Positions 10,086-20,458 are shown, counted from the stretch's first letter. The stretch is 64,000 nucleotides of DNA from Obrimoposthia wandeli (GCA_977020255.1 CDROCS010000506.1:3410001-3474000); one strand, 5' to 3'. Translations and numbers: made by a program. Notes: generated from the sequence alone by a model not told the origin.

Positions 10086-10634
10086 TTAACGGAATAGCCA
10101 GTAACTCACAGGGTCACCTGGACATTCAAATGGTCCACATTCAGCGAACGCATTCAGCATATTTGCTGCAGTCACTAGAAGTACCATGACAATCGCTATT
10201 TTTGCGATATTACCCTGCATTGAAAAAGGGATGTATTTTACTTTTTCATATTGAGCTGAAAAGGCCATCATTATCGCTGTACCAAAAATGATAATGACGA
10301 ATGTAATGAATGCCCATGTATAAAAGTGCATACCTAAGAAAGGCGCGCCATAGCCTGGAGTACCGGGGATCACATGCAGTGACATTTGACGTAATGCGAC
10401 GGCTGAACCGAAAATAGCACCGATAATCATGCCGCTGTAATGCACCATTCTAGGACCAAAAATGACATTACAGAATAAGCCAAATAAAACCGCAATAAAG
10501 CCAACACGTTGTAGTAAACACAGTGGGCAAGCGAGAATATCTTCTACAATTTGTGAATAGAATGCATATCCAAGTACTATTGATAATGCCAGTGCACCTA
10601 ATGCATTTAGCTGGCGAGATAAATTATTCGTCAT
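10086..10634 (-). CDS. DsbB-family disulfide bond formation membrane protein
   Basis: ACPLCLLQR motif, hydrophobic helices, LHFYTW-like segment and C-terminal ECGPFECP. Confidence 0.85.
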   Translation of the reverse strand: MTNNLSRQLNALGALALSIVLGYAFYSQIVEDILACPLCLLQRVGFIAVLFGLFCNVIFGPRMVHYSGMIIGAIFGSAVALRQMSLHVIPGTPGYGAPFLGMHFYTWAFITFVIIIFGTAIMMAFSAQYEKVKYIPFSMQGNIAKIAIVMVLLVTAANMLNAFAECGPFECPGDPVSYWLFR

Positions 10635-10643
10635 GATATTTTC

Positions 10644-10799
10644 CTAAAGTAAGATTTCTAACGCGTCAGTTGCATGGTGTGAAAGCCAAAATGCGCTAAC
10701 GACAAGCGAAAATGCAAAGCCATAAAATGACCATTCTCGTTTTCCTTTTAATGCCAATAGCATGCTTACCAAATATAAGCCGAAGATCAGTGTCATCAT
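10644..10799 (-). CDS. 51-aa membrane protein upstream of the DsbB-like gene (DUF5993-like), absent from the ORF track
   Basis: Manual translation gives MMTLIFGLYLVSMLLALKGKREWSFYGFAFSLVVSAFWLSHHATDALEILL*, with RBS AAGGT. It ends 9 nt before the next ATG. Confidence 0.8.
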   Translation of the reverse strand: MMTLIFGLYLVSMLLALKGKREWSFYGFAFSLVVSAFWLSHHATDALEILL

Positions 10800-11118
10800 T
10801 TTTAATTACCTTAGTGTCCCAATAAATTATATTATTCAATATACTGATGTATATCATAGTTTTCAATTGCAAAATGTGTATACGTTGCATTTATTCTAAA
10901 ATGGAACTAACTTATACCCTAATGGAATAAGCAGGTTTTTATGACAGAAATACATCACGTTAGGCACAGTTGTTCTTGGGTTACTTGACCTAAGTCTCGA
11001 ATTAGTCTTTACTGTATACCTACATTGATATAGTTTGAGCTAGATCATAAGGTGCATTTTCAGTTAGCGGAACAATAGCGATATTGGTAATTTAATCGAT
11101 TATGATGGCAGTAGTGAT

Positions 11119-11349
11119 ATGACAGACAAAAAACTTATCCGTATTTTGAAAGTATTTATTGTTATTGGTATCTCGCTAATACTGCTCGGTCATTATCTTT
11201 TATCGTACACAGATTTCACTCAACAGCATGGCGTGACAGGCATTATGATCAGTGCTGGTTGTATTGCATTAGGCTTTGCGTTCTCGCTACCAACTAAGAT
11301 GTATCTGACCTTTGTGCTGGTTAAGCGCGAAAGTGAACAGTCGAAATAG
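11119..11349 (+). CDS. Small two-helix membrane protein
   Basis: Two hydrophobic segments; protein-like composition. Confidence 0.7.
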   Translation: MTDKKLIRILKVFIVIGISLILLGHYLLSYTDFTQQHGVTGIMISAGCIALGFAFSLPTKMYLTFVLVKRESEQSK

Positions 11350-11386
11350 TAATAGCCTGAATCATAATCAAAGGAGATTGTAAATT

Positions 11387-11452
11387 ATGAAAGAAACGAC
11401 ACGGTATCTACTGGTATTAGTCATGTTTGTCGCTATTCAGGCATGTGATTAA
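11387..11452 (+). CDS. Possible 21-aa small protein (MKETTRYLLVLVMFVAIQACD*)
   Basis: Strong AAGGAG RBS 10 nt upstream; signal-peptide-like composition. Confidence 0.35.
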   Translation: MKETTRYLLVLVMFVAIQACD

Positions 11453-11521
11453 TCGCTTTTAATGTGATCATTACAGACGACTTTAGGTTTCAAAGTCACC
11501 TATCTGTATGAGTGCTAATTA

Positions 11522-13375
11522 TTAATGCTCATTATCAACAAATTCTTCAGACCAAACATCTTGTATATCAGGCCAGCCCCAGACATTGATCGAGACGCCT
11601 TTGAGTACGCCTTGGAAATACAGCGTCTGTTTGTGATGGATCATAGGTATCATCCAGTGTTCTGTGATCATCGCCGTGCTAATCGATTCCAACTCGGTAA
11701 GGTAACTTGTTAATGGTTGCTGTTGGCGAATGTTGATAAGCTTGGTTTGCAGCCAATCACTGGCTTCAACCGATAAGCTTTGATTAAGGATCGCATTCGA
11801 TAACATCCAATGAAATACCGAAGTCGGTAGGTTGTCGTCCAAATCCAGGCTTATCAATATCAGGTCTTCAGTTAAGTTATTGGCACTGGCTTTTTGTACT
11901 AACTCCTCAAAAGAATAGACGTTCACCTCACACTCAATATCAGCTTGTTTAAGTAACTTAACCATCGCCTGAGCGCATTCTTTTAACGTATGGTGCTCGA
12001 AGATAGCAATGGTCAGTTTACTTGGTAAAGACCGCTCTGCGGTGCCTATCGAAATTACTTTTAACCAGCTAGACAGCAAGTTATATGCAGGTATCGCTTC
12101 AATGGGATTGTCTGATAGCTTTAACTCTGCCATCAATTCATCTGCGGCGAGCAGTTGGCTTAGGTATTTCCGTTGCTGTAGGGAAAGATTGGCTCTGCTG
12201 TTGATCATCGCGAGCAAACAGCCATATTCTATTCTGCTTTTTTGATCGCTTTCAACGGTCGCCTTATTACTTGGTGTTTTTTGCTTAAGGTCATTAGCGG
12301 CATAGTTTGAGCGTATCTGACTGGTTTTCTGCACCACATTAGCTTGTATCTCAGTGGTACAGGGCGCGTTAGTCTGTGGTGATGTCACTTGCCATATCGT
12401 CACTGTATCAGTGAGTGCGCGATGGCTGTAATAGTTGTCGTAAGCCTGCAAGCGTAAATACTGTTGCGTATGCTCTTGTACTCTAAATGCGCCACTGCCA
12501 ACAATTGCTTTAGCGGCATTCGGTTGAGAGTTCGGGTTAACATGTGACTGAGATTGTAACTGGGATTGTAATTTAGATTGCAGTTGGGAGCAGGGCTGAA
12601 TCGAATACTTTACATCTGCAAGCAGGCCAGCAAATCCAGGATCGGACTGGTCTAACTGAAAATCAATGCACAGTGGGTTTATCGCGGTGATATGAATGAC
12701 ATGCGCCAGTTCAGTGTTATAGGTCGCCAGTCGCTTTAGACGATTAAATAATTCAGCTATCTTCTCGGCATTAATGGTACTGCCATCATGAAAAGTCAGC
12801 GCTGGGCGTAAGTAGAATCGCCAGCGCAATTGTTCTGCGTTATAAACCCAATGATGAGCCAGTTGCGGCGTGATAATGCCATCTTTGTCGCACTGTACTA
12901 AGCAACAATACACTTGACGCAGCAGAAAGCGTTCGCTGTTTCTTAACGCGATATGTGGCAACAGGGCAGCGAAAGAACGCCCATAGGTTAACTGAATATG
13001 TAACCGACCTTCACGCTGCACCGCACCCGATGTATTTTGCAGTAAGCGCCCAAATAACACTTGGTCATTGTCTATCAGCGCCAGTGCTTTCTCGTATTTA
13101 CCAATCGCAATCAGCTGCTGTGCCAGCTCTGCTTTTAACTCATTGATGGCATAACGCAGATAGAGCGTTGATCGCTGATTACGTCCCGCCTTTGGTGTCC
13201 ATTCTAACCAACCTAACTCGCGCAACTCGTTTAGCAGGGTGCGGCAGTGCCGGGTACTGGTGAACATGGCTTCTGCGACATCTTGCAAGGTGATGGCTAT
13301 TTCTTGTTTAGCTCCCAGCTTCGTTAGCCGAGCGTAATACAGCATTTTCTTATCATTATTCAAAACAGGCAGCAT
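11522..13375 (-). CDS. SgrR-family transcriptional regulator (N-terminal DNA-binding domain plus solute-binding-protein family 5 domain)
   Basis: TSTRHCRTLL, GWLEWTPKAGRNQRS, RSERFLLRQV-like segment, LAHHW, WRFYLRP and GSGAF. Start placed at ATG 13375 after GAGGTG. Confidence 0.88.
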   Translation of the reverse strand: MLPVLNNDKKMLYYARLTKLGAKQEIAITLQDVAEAMFTSTRHCRTLLNELRELGWLEWTPKAGRNQRSTLYLRYAINELKAELAQQLIAIGKYEKALALIDNDQVLFGRLLQNTSGAVQREGRLHIQLTYGRSFAALLPHIALRNSERFLLRQVYCCLVQCDKDGIITPQLAHHWVYNAEQLRWRFYLRPALTFHDGSTINAEKIAELFNRLKRLATYNTELAHVIHITAINPLCIDFQLDQSDPGFAGLLADVKYSIQPCSQLQSKLQSQLQSQSHVNPNSQPNAAKAIVGSGAFRVQEHTQQYLRLQAYDNYYSHRALTDTVTIWQVTSPQTNAPCTTEIQANVVQKTSQIRSNYAANDLKQKTPSNKATVESDQKSRIEYGCLLAMINSRANLSLQQRKYLSQLLAADELMAELKLSDNPIEAIPAYNLLSSWLKVISIGTAERSLPSKLTIAIFEHHTLKECAQAMVKLLKQADIECEVNVYSFEELVQKASANNLTEDLILISLDLDDNLPTSVFHWMLSNAILNQSLSVEASDWLQTKLINIRQQQPLTSYLTELESISTAMITEHWMIPMIHHKQTLYFQGVLKGVSINVWGWPDIQDVWSEEFVDNEH

Positions 13376-13597
13376 ATTATCACCTCGACTTCCGCGTTTA
13401 GACTGTAAATAGGATTTTAAAGACATTATCAGCAAGGTTACGACTTTAAGCGGAAGTAAACAATATTATTCACTCTCTTTTTCACTTCCTGTTATTGGTG
13501 GATACTTACCTCATCATTTAAGCAAGGCGTAACGCTTAAATCACGTTATAGAACTATGGCGTTATAGAAGCTAGAAACTAGAAACAGGGTATGAGGA

Positions 13598-13780
13598 ATG
13601 AACATGTTCAAGACAATTAAAACCATCTTTCAGGGCACAGCAAACAGCACACTCGCTGAGTATTATCAGGCTCGTCTGCAAACCAGTAAAAGCGCTGTCG
13701 AAATCGAGGCTATCTTTAGCCTGAATTCATTAATGTCATTCAATGAAGCCGAAGAACAGCAAGATGAGGTGTTGAAATGA
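13598..13780 (+). CDS. Hypothetical 60-aa protein divergent from sgrR
   Basis: GAGG RBS; its stop overlaps the next start codon (ATGA). Confidence 0.6.
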   Translation: MNMFKTIKTIFQGTANSTLAEYYQARLQTSKSAVEIEAIFSLNSLMSFNEAEEQQDEVLK

Positions 13781-14166
13781 GAATTGAACATGTGGCGATT
13801 TGGTGCAAAGACCTGGAATCAATGAAACGTTTTTACACACATTTTTTTAATGCCGAAAGTAATGCCAAATATGAAAATAAGCGTAAAGGTTTTCAGTCGT
13901 ATTTCCTAACTCTGCCTGATGGCCCACGCATAGAATTGATGCAAATGGATTCTGTGTTGATATCTGCAGCAGATGTATTTCCACAGTTCACAGGTCTTGC
14001 TCATATTGCATTTGCAGTCGGTTCAGAGGCAAAGGTCGATGCAATGGCCGCAGAATTTGTCGCCCAGGGTTATGAGGTGCTCGATGGCCCACGTCGTACA
14101 GGCGATGGTTATTATGAATGTGTGGTGTTAGATCCAGAGTGGAATCGAATTGAGATTGTGATTTAA
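13777..14166 (+). CDS. VOC/glyoxalase family protein
   Basis: IEHVAIW, IELM, GLAHIAF, PRRTGDGYYE and DPEWNRIE. Confidence 0.88.
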   Translation: MRIEHVAIWCKDLESMKRFYTHFFNAESNAKYENKRKGFQSYFLTLPDGPRIELMQMDSVLISAADVFPQFTGLAHIAFAVGSEAKVDAMAAEFVAQGYEVLDGPRRTGDGYYECVVLDPEWNRIEIVI

Positions 14167-14291
14167 TCATATAGGTAGGATTTACTTGTAGAGTAAAACA
14201 CATCACCAAGCCTACTAGGCTATTAACCTATTAACCGATTAGCTTATAGATTGTTTAGCTAGAGTGATGTGTTGATCCTTAATCGTGCTTA

Positions 14292-17081
14292 TTATTGTGG
14301 TCTGTTAGTCAAACGCATGGTTTTGCTTGGGTCTAGGTAGGCACGAATAAACTGGTTCATGTCTGCTACCGAAATACTGGCAAATATTGCTGGTGCGTCT
14401 TCTGTTGATCCTAACGGATAATTAAACAAATGATCTCGGTGTAACAGCCATTGCTTACTCGCTGGATCATTTAATGAAGATGCCAGATCCAGTGCTATTA
14501 TCTTCTTGTTCTCATCTAGCTGTGCTTGGGTTATACCGTTAGTCAGTAAATCCGCAATGATGTCATCGACAACCTGTTGCGTTGTTTCAATATCTTCAAC
14601 TTTAGTGATTAACTCTATCATCACTTCGGTAAATGCCTGACCTGCTGCTTGGTCGCGAACCATCACGTAAGGAGAGTAGGTTAACGATAACTGCTCTCTG
14701 ACGATCTTAGTTAGCGTTTGTCTAAGCATCGCTTGCATGAGTTCGGCTTGATAAACGGCTTTGATACTTGGGTTCGGATTATCGGTGACAGTGTAAACCA
14801 ATACCTGACCATTATCTTGCGGATAGGTTGTTTCATTAATCCCACTGGCATGAGTTATTAATGATTGTACAGGGTGGTCAAAATTACTCTCTTTACCCTT
14901 TGGCAACGTCGCCACATATTGCAATATAAGAGGCTTTAATTGCGCCGTATCAAAGTCGCCGACAATCGTTAATTTATAACCGTTGACGTTATTAAACAGT
15001 GCTTGATAAAGTGCTTCAATGTCACGCTGTTCTACCTTCGCCAATTCCGGCACTGAAATGTGTGCCTGCTGTGGATTATGCGGGAATAAAATCTCACCTG
15101 TTTTTATCCACGTTGCAGTCGCCGGTAGCGCCAAATTATTTTGTTGGTATTCAATGGTAGCTTGTTTTTCTAACGCAAATTCATGCTCATTAACTTTAGC
15201 ATTGGTGATGCTGCTGTATAACATCGAGAACAGCAGTTCCAAACTTTTGGGTTCATTAACCGAATACATGTTGAAGCCATGACTATTGGTATCAATAATT
15301 GGCATGATATCGATACGTTCTTGTTCGAATCTTTGGCCTATCGTTTGTGCTGATAATCCCTCTAAGCCACTGTTTAAATAACTGCTGATGAGCATGTAAT
15401 TGGCTGCGCGCTGCTGCTTGGTAAATGCATTACTACCACCGGGCGCTGTAAAACTCATCTTAATTTCATTTTTAATACTGTCATCTGGCTGTAATACCAC
15501 ACTCACACCATTGCTTAATTGCCACTGTGTCAGTTGCTGTTTGGCATCAAAGCTTTCACTGAGAATATCACTTTCTGTGGCGCTTTTTTTAGCGACTGGC
15601 AAGGTAAGTGTCTCAATGTTAAGAACGATATTTTTAATTGGTTGAGTAAGGGCATAAGCAAAGAGTTTATCGGCTGCTAACAAATCAGGTTTATCGGCTT
15701 GATATGGCGTCGCAAAGGTCATTTGACGCGGGCTGTCGATAAGTTCATTGGCTAATTGATTAAGCTCTTCGAGGCTAACCGTACTCAATAATAATTGATA
15801 AGCTTGTTGTTCAAGCTCGAAAGTAAATTCAATATCGCCGGTTGACCAAGCAGATATCGTTGCGCCTGCTAATTGCGCCGCGTCTTGATTGATGTAGTGA
15901 TTGCTAAGCTGGGCTTGGTCTGATTTCATCTGTGCTAATTGCAGGTCAAATTCAGCTTGGCTAAAACCGTATTGCTGGATGCGCGCTAGCTCTTGGGCAA
16001 TAAACTCAACCGCTTGTTGGCTTTCATTTTTTTGATGGCTTACTGAAATATTGTTGAGCGCTTTATCACCTAACAAAACATCATAGAAAATACCGACATT
16101 ATTGAAGGAGCCTTCGCGTTGGCTGTTAGCCGCCGTCAAACGATAATTGAACAACATGTTTAGCATATCTAATTTGAAAGCCTGACTGAGATCTTGGCTA
16201 TCGGTAATTGCTAATTTAGGTACTTCGAAGTACAGGTCTGTTTGGGAATAATTAATTATTTTACTGCTGTAATCCCGTGTCTGGGTTTTAAATGTTGGCG
16301 CTGTGAATTCCGGTTGTTTCGTGTCGTTTGTTGATTTATCTATACTGGCAAAAAGCTCTGTGATCAGTTGCGTTGCGCGTTCACTATCGACATCACCCGT
16401 TATCAATAATTTGGCATTGTTCGGGCGATACCAAGCTGTGTAAAACTCGTTAACAGAGGCAACCGTACTGTTTTTAATACTTTCAACTGTGCCGATTGGT
16501 AAGCGGTTTTCGTATTCACTGTCTTTGATATAGTCACGGAACAATGCATAGTTATAAGATTGTTCTTGTTGGGTACTTAGATAGTACTCATTTTCTACCA
16601 CGCCTTTTTCTTTATCCAATTCGCCTTGTTCTAATTCAATATCCGTTAAAATATCGCGGAAATATAACAGCGCATCAGCCAGTAACTGTTTATTGGCTTT
16701 AGGGATCGATAAGGTATAAACCGTTTCATCAAACGAGGTATAAGCATTAATATCATTACCGACAACTAAGCCTGACTTTTCAAATAACTCGTCAATTTTT
16801 AGTTTAGGGTAGTGCTTAGTACCATTAAAGGCCATGTGTTCAAGTAGGTGAGCGTATCCAGACTGTGCCTCGGTTTCACTTAACGATCCTGATTTGATCA
16901 TCAAGCGTAGCTCAATTTTATCAGCGCTTTGTGGCTTAGAGTGAACGGCATAAAAGAAGCCATTATCAAAGGTATCGCTACTGATCGTCGTCAGCGGCTG
17001 ATTTTGATTGGGTGCCGTCGCGCAACTAGAGAGGGCGAGTAGGGCAAAGGTAACTAATAATAATTTTCTACAGAACATCAT
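14292..17081 (-). CDS. M16 family zinc metallopeptidase (PqqL-like), lipoprotein
   Basis: HLLEHMAFNG zinc motif, NAYTSFDETVY, EKGVVENE, RLPIG and FYTAWYRPNN; lipobox LSSC. Confidence 0.9.
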   Translation of the reverse strand: MMFCRKLLLVTFALLALSSCATAPNQNQPLTTISSDTFDNGFFYAVHSKPQSADKIELRLMIKSGSLSETEAQSGYAHLLEHMAFNGTKHYPKLKIDELFEKSGLVVGNDINAYTSFDETVYTLSIPKANKQLLADALLYFRDILTDIELEQGELDKEKGVVENEYYLSTQQEQSYNYALFRDYIKDSEYENRLPIGTVESIKNSTVASVNEFYTAWYRPNNAKLLITGDVDSERATQLITELFASIDKSTNDTKQPEFTAPTFKTQTRDYSSKIINYSQTDLYFEVPKLAITDSQDLSQAFKLDMLNMLFNYRLTAANSQREGSFNNVGIFYDVLLGDKALNNISVSHQKNESQQAVEFIAQELARIQQYGFSQAEFDLQLAQMKSDQAQLSNHYINQDAAQLAGATISAWSTGDIEFTFELEQQAYQLLLSTVSLEELNQLANELIDSPRQMTFATPYQADKPDLLAADKLFAYALTQPIKNIVLNIETLTLPVAKKSATESDILSESFDAKQQLTQWQLSNGVSVVLQPDDSIKNEIKMSFTAPGGSNAFTKQQRAANYMLISSYLNSGLEGLSAQTIGQRFEQERIDIMPIIDTNSHGFNMYSVNEPKSLELLFSMLYSSITNAKVNEHEFALEKQATIEYQQNNLALPATATWIKTGEILFPHNPQQAHISVPELAKVEQRDIEALYQALFNNVNGYKLTIVGDFDTAQLKPLILQYVATLPKGKESNFDHPVQSLITHASGINETTYPQDNGQVLVYTVTDNPNPSIKAVYQAELMQAMLRQTLTKIVREQLSLTYSPYVMVRDQAAGQAFTEVMIELITKVEDIETTQQVVDDIIADLLTNGITQAQLDENKKIIALDLASSLNDPASKQWLLHRDHLFNYPLGSTEDAPAIFASISVADMNQFIRAYLDPSKTMRLTNRPQ

Positions 17082-17271
17082 GGTTAAAATAACTCGTTAA
17101 TAATTTATCGTCATAGGGGCGTGCAGCATCAGGTTATTGCATATGGTACAATAAGCATCTTTATGGTTATTGAATTACCTTATAATAACAATCGGTTAAT
17201 AAGTAGTTAATCGTGTATCAACACAGCCTTAGTGTGACTTATCGTTGATAAATACAATTGCTTACAAATCT

Positions 17272-17292
17272 AAATGATATTTACTTGCATTT
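17272..17292. promoter_or_regulatory. Possible Fur box in the divergent M16/bax intergenic region
   Basis: AAATGATATTTACTTGCATTT is an imperfect inverted repeat resembling AATGATAATnATTATCATT. Confidence 0.35.
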
Positions 17293-17353
17293 GGGTTTTG
17301 TTGTGATGTTATTAAGCCTTAAATACTGCACACTTAAAACAGGAATTTAATGA

Positions 17354-18265
17354 ATGTTTTTATCGAAAAGTTTTAAAACAACAACAGCCTCGTTAATGTT
17401 GCTCGTATCATTGAACGTTATGGCTAGTGACAACAATCTGCCTATTTCACCAGAACAAATCAGCCAGCCTTACCCTAATGTCAAAGTCACCACTCTCGAC
17501 TCTGCCACAGCACTTATCCATGAGTTTACACAACAAAAATACCAATTAAAGCGCATGGCTGATAGTGGTGAAATGCCAACCTTGTTTGTAGAAAACCTGC
17601 CAACAGATTTGAATACATTACCGGTAGCGCAAAAGACGTCAGGCTTCATCCGTTTATTACTCCCGACGATTAAAACAGTCAATAAGCGGATCATGGATGT
17701 TAGAACTAAAGTGATTGCCTTATCTGCTCAGCCTAAATCACAGTGGACAAAAGCAGAGCAGGTGTGGATGGATAATCTAATGACTTCTTACTTTGTTAAA
17801 TCACAGCGTATTGATGATTTACTGTTGCGTGTGAATGTCATCCCTGTCGGAATGGTACTTGCGCAAGGCATTGATGAAAGTGGCTGGGGGACAAGTCACT
17901 TCGCTGTGAATGGTAATAGCTTGTTTGGAGAACACCTCTCATCGAAAGGCGGGAAGTATTTAACTACACCAGGGGGACATGTAAAAGTAGCTGCATTTGA
18001 TAACCTTTTCGAAGGTACAGCACATTACATGTATAACTTGAATACGACATCAGCCTATAAAGAACTGTGGGTTTTACGTCAAAAACTGGTGGAAGAAAAT
18101 AAACTATCAGGTCATGAATTAGTCCAGTCACTTTCTCATTATTCAACTCGTGGGCAAGCGTATGTCGATAACTTACGTGCTCTTATCCAATATCATCAGT
18201 TAGATAGCTTCGATAGTGTGGAGTTTAATAACACGCCTCCTATGCGTATCAAGCTAGCAAGGTAA
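17354..18265 (+). CDS. Bax-like glucosaminidase (GH73-like) domain protein, secreted
   Basis: Signal peptide; LAQGIDESGWGTSHFA, NSLFG, YMYNLNT and YSTRGQAY. Confidence 0.8.
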   Translation: MFLSKSFKTTTASLMLLVSLNVMASDNNLPISPEQISQPYPNVKVTTLDSATALIHEFTQQKYQLKRMADSGEMPTLFVENLPTDLNTLPVAQKTSGFIRLLLPTIKTVNKRIMDVRTKVIALSAQPKSQWTKAEQVWMDNLMTSYFVKSQRIDDLLLRVNVIPVGMVLAQGIDESGWGTSHFAVNGNSLFGEHLSSKGGKYLTTPGGHVKVAAFDNLFEGTAHYMYNLNTTSAYKELWVLRQKLVEENKLSGHELVQSLSHYSTRGQAYVDNLRALIQYHQLDSFDSVEFNNTPPMRIKLAR

Positions 18266-18295
18266 CAAAGTAGCAAAGGAAGAAGAAACTCCTTA

Positions 18296-19420
18296 TTGAT
18301 TTTAGTTGCTCATACAACAAAAAAGAGTATGCTGTGCATATGTTTTGTTGTATGGGTAACAATTTTGAAAGATTCAATTTATAAATTTATAATATATGCC
18401 GTGTGTTTAATCACTGTCGGCTTCTCCATTTTTTTGATTACGACAGATAATCTATCTCCTTTTACTACCCAAGCGACGATACACAAAACAATCGCTAATA
18501 TTGCACCTGAAGTCTCGGGTGTTATCACCGAGGTTAATATAAAGAATGGGCAGGATGTTAAAGCCGGTGATAAATTATTTAGTATAAACAGCCTGAATTA
18601 CCAACTGGATGTGCAGTTAGCTGAAGCAGAACTGCATAGCGCCCAAGAATTAGATTTGGCTAAATGGCAAGAGCTAAAATCGGCAAGTCAAAGTCTTATC
18701 CAACGTAACCTCGAGTGGGATAATGCCCAAGCTAAGTACGCTCGTAACCAGCGATTACTGGATAAAGGCCTGCTTAATGAACAAGATTTTGATGAGAGTA
18801 AAATGAATGCCAGCGTTGCCGAAAGTGCAGTGGAAGCTGCTAATGCTGAAGTTTTACGCATCAAAGCGGAGCTTTCTAATCAAAATAAGAATAAAAGTTC
18901 CGCTATTGAGATGGCTGAAACAACATTAGCAAAAGCAAAACTTGATCTTGTTCGTACCAATGTCACCGCTCAATTTTCAGGTACCATCAGTAATTTGCAA
19001 TTACAGTCTGGCAGTTATGTGAATAAAGGCAGCGTGTCATTATTTATGGTTAACGAAGAAAGTACCTGGTTAAGTGCAGATTTTAATGAAAAAGGTATAG
19101 TGCATTTACAGGCTGGTTCTACTGTGTTGATCGCATTTGATGCAATGCCGGGACAGGTCTTTTCTGGAGTGATCACCAATCAAGATCGTGCTATTTTTGA
19201 TTCATCCACTTCAACAAGTCAACTATCTACTGTTACGAACGATTCTCGCTGGATCCGTGAACAGCAAAAGATTCGAACTCGAATTCATATCAACGATGTT
19301 AATACGGCGCTAATTGCAGGATCTCGGGCGAGTGTCATTGTCAGTAACGGTAATGCAGTTATCGACACTATTGGTTATGCATGGATAAAGCTGGTGTCTT
19401 GGTTTAGATATATCTACTAA
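18296..19420 (+). CDS. HlyD-family membrane fusion protein (true start probably TTG near 18365)
   Basis: IAPEVSGVITEV, GQDVKAGDKLF, coiled coil and A-QFSGTISNL lipoyl-like halves. Confidence 0.85.
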   Translation: MILVAHTTKKSMLCICFVVWVTILKDSIYKFIIYAVCLITVGFSIFLITTDNLSPFTTQATIHKTIANIAPEVSGVITEVNIKNGQDVKAGDKLFSINSLNYQLDVQLAEAELHSAQELDLAKWQELKSASQSLIQRNLEWDNAQAKYARNQRLLDKGLLNEQDFDESKMNASVAESAVEAANAEVLRIKAELSNQNKNKSSAIEMAETTLAKAKLDLVRTNVTAQFSGTISNLQLQSGSYVNKGSVSLFMVNEESTWLSADFNEKGIVHLQAGSTVLIAFDAMPGQVFSGVITNQDRAIFDSSTSTSQLSTVTNDSRWIREQQKIRTRIHINDVNTALIAGSRASVIVSNGNAVIDTIGYAWIKLVSWFRYIY

Positions 19421-20458
19421 ATGCTCGGAGGTGACGATATGTTGATTAAAAATTCAGATGTTAACGCAACCTTGAGAGTGACCTTTACAATTACGCTATG
19501 CATGTTGATGGGTAAGTTACTCGATCTTGAGTCACCGATATATTTAGCGCTGTATCCAACGCTTCTAATGACTAAAGGCAAAGATTTCTCGTGGCAAGGA
19601 GTAGGTAAAACATTTTTCCCTACATTTTGGGCTGCAGTCTGCGCATTGGTCGTTGCGGAAGTTTTTTATGATCATCCCTTTGTCATCTGGACTATCAGTT
19701 TAGTTTTTTTTGATATCATGCGCCGCCGTGCTAATACGCCAATTAAGTTAGGTGGGATGTTAATGCCGACATTTAACTGGATATTAATTGTGGTGTTTTC
19801 CCAACAAGGCAGTTTAGATATGACGATGCGTATTCATGAGATCTTGCTCTCGATGATGATTACAGCGGTCGTTGCCAAAACAATGGTGAGTCTATTTCCT
19901 GTAGATAAAGTGGCTAAGCCGCCTCAATTCAAACCACAAATTGTGACTTACCAACATCGTTTTGTGTCGGGGTGTCTCATCGGTGGTGGGCTGGGATTTC
20001 TGATGATTGTTGACTTACTTTCTGCCACTTTTTGTATGGTGCCAGTGATTGCGGCTTCAATCCAATTTACGCGAGATAAGTTTAAATCTGTTGTCTTACA
20101 GCGTTTTATAAGTCAAATAGGTGGTTGTGCGGTTGCGGCTATCTTTACCATCATGATGGCTGGGCATCAAAACACGATTATTTTTTATGCGTTAGGTTTA
20201 GGTACTTTAGTGTTTATCATTACTAAATGGATGGTGACGTCGGAAGGTCCTTCTCGTGATCTTCATGGTGATGTATTATTAGCGACGATGTTGCCTATTC
20301 AGTTGTATATCGGTAATACAACATTTGGGTTAGAGAATACATATCTACGCGCATGGGAGCTTACCGTGACCTTGAGCATCCTCTTCATTTTTCATTACTT
20401 AACACGTTCTCGAGATAATCATGATCAAAGAAATCACAAACATTCCAGAGTTGGATGA
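19421..20458 (+). CDS. DUF2955-like integral membrane protein (FUSC-related)
   Basis: Multiple hydrophobic helices; lies between HlyD and MarR, an arrangement recalled from Vibrionales. Confidence 0.65.
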   Translation: MLGGDDMLIKNSDVNATLRVTFTITLCMLMGKLLDLESPIYLALYPTLLMTKGKDFSWQGVGKTFFPTFWAAVCALVVAEVFYDHPFVIWTISLVFFDIMRRRANTPIKLGGMLMPTFNWILIVVFSQQGSLDMTMRIHEILLSMMITAVVAKTMVSLFPVDKVAKPPQFKPQIVTYQHRFVSGCLIGGGLGFLMIVDLLSATFCMVPVIAASIQFTRDKFKSVVLQRFISQIGGCAVAAIFTIMMAGHQNTIIFYALGLGTLVFIITKWMVTSEGPSRDLHGDVLLATMLPIQLYIGNTTFGLENTYLRAWELTVTLSILFIFHYLTRSRDNHDQRNHKHSRVG

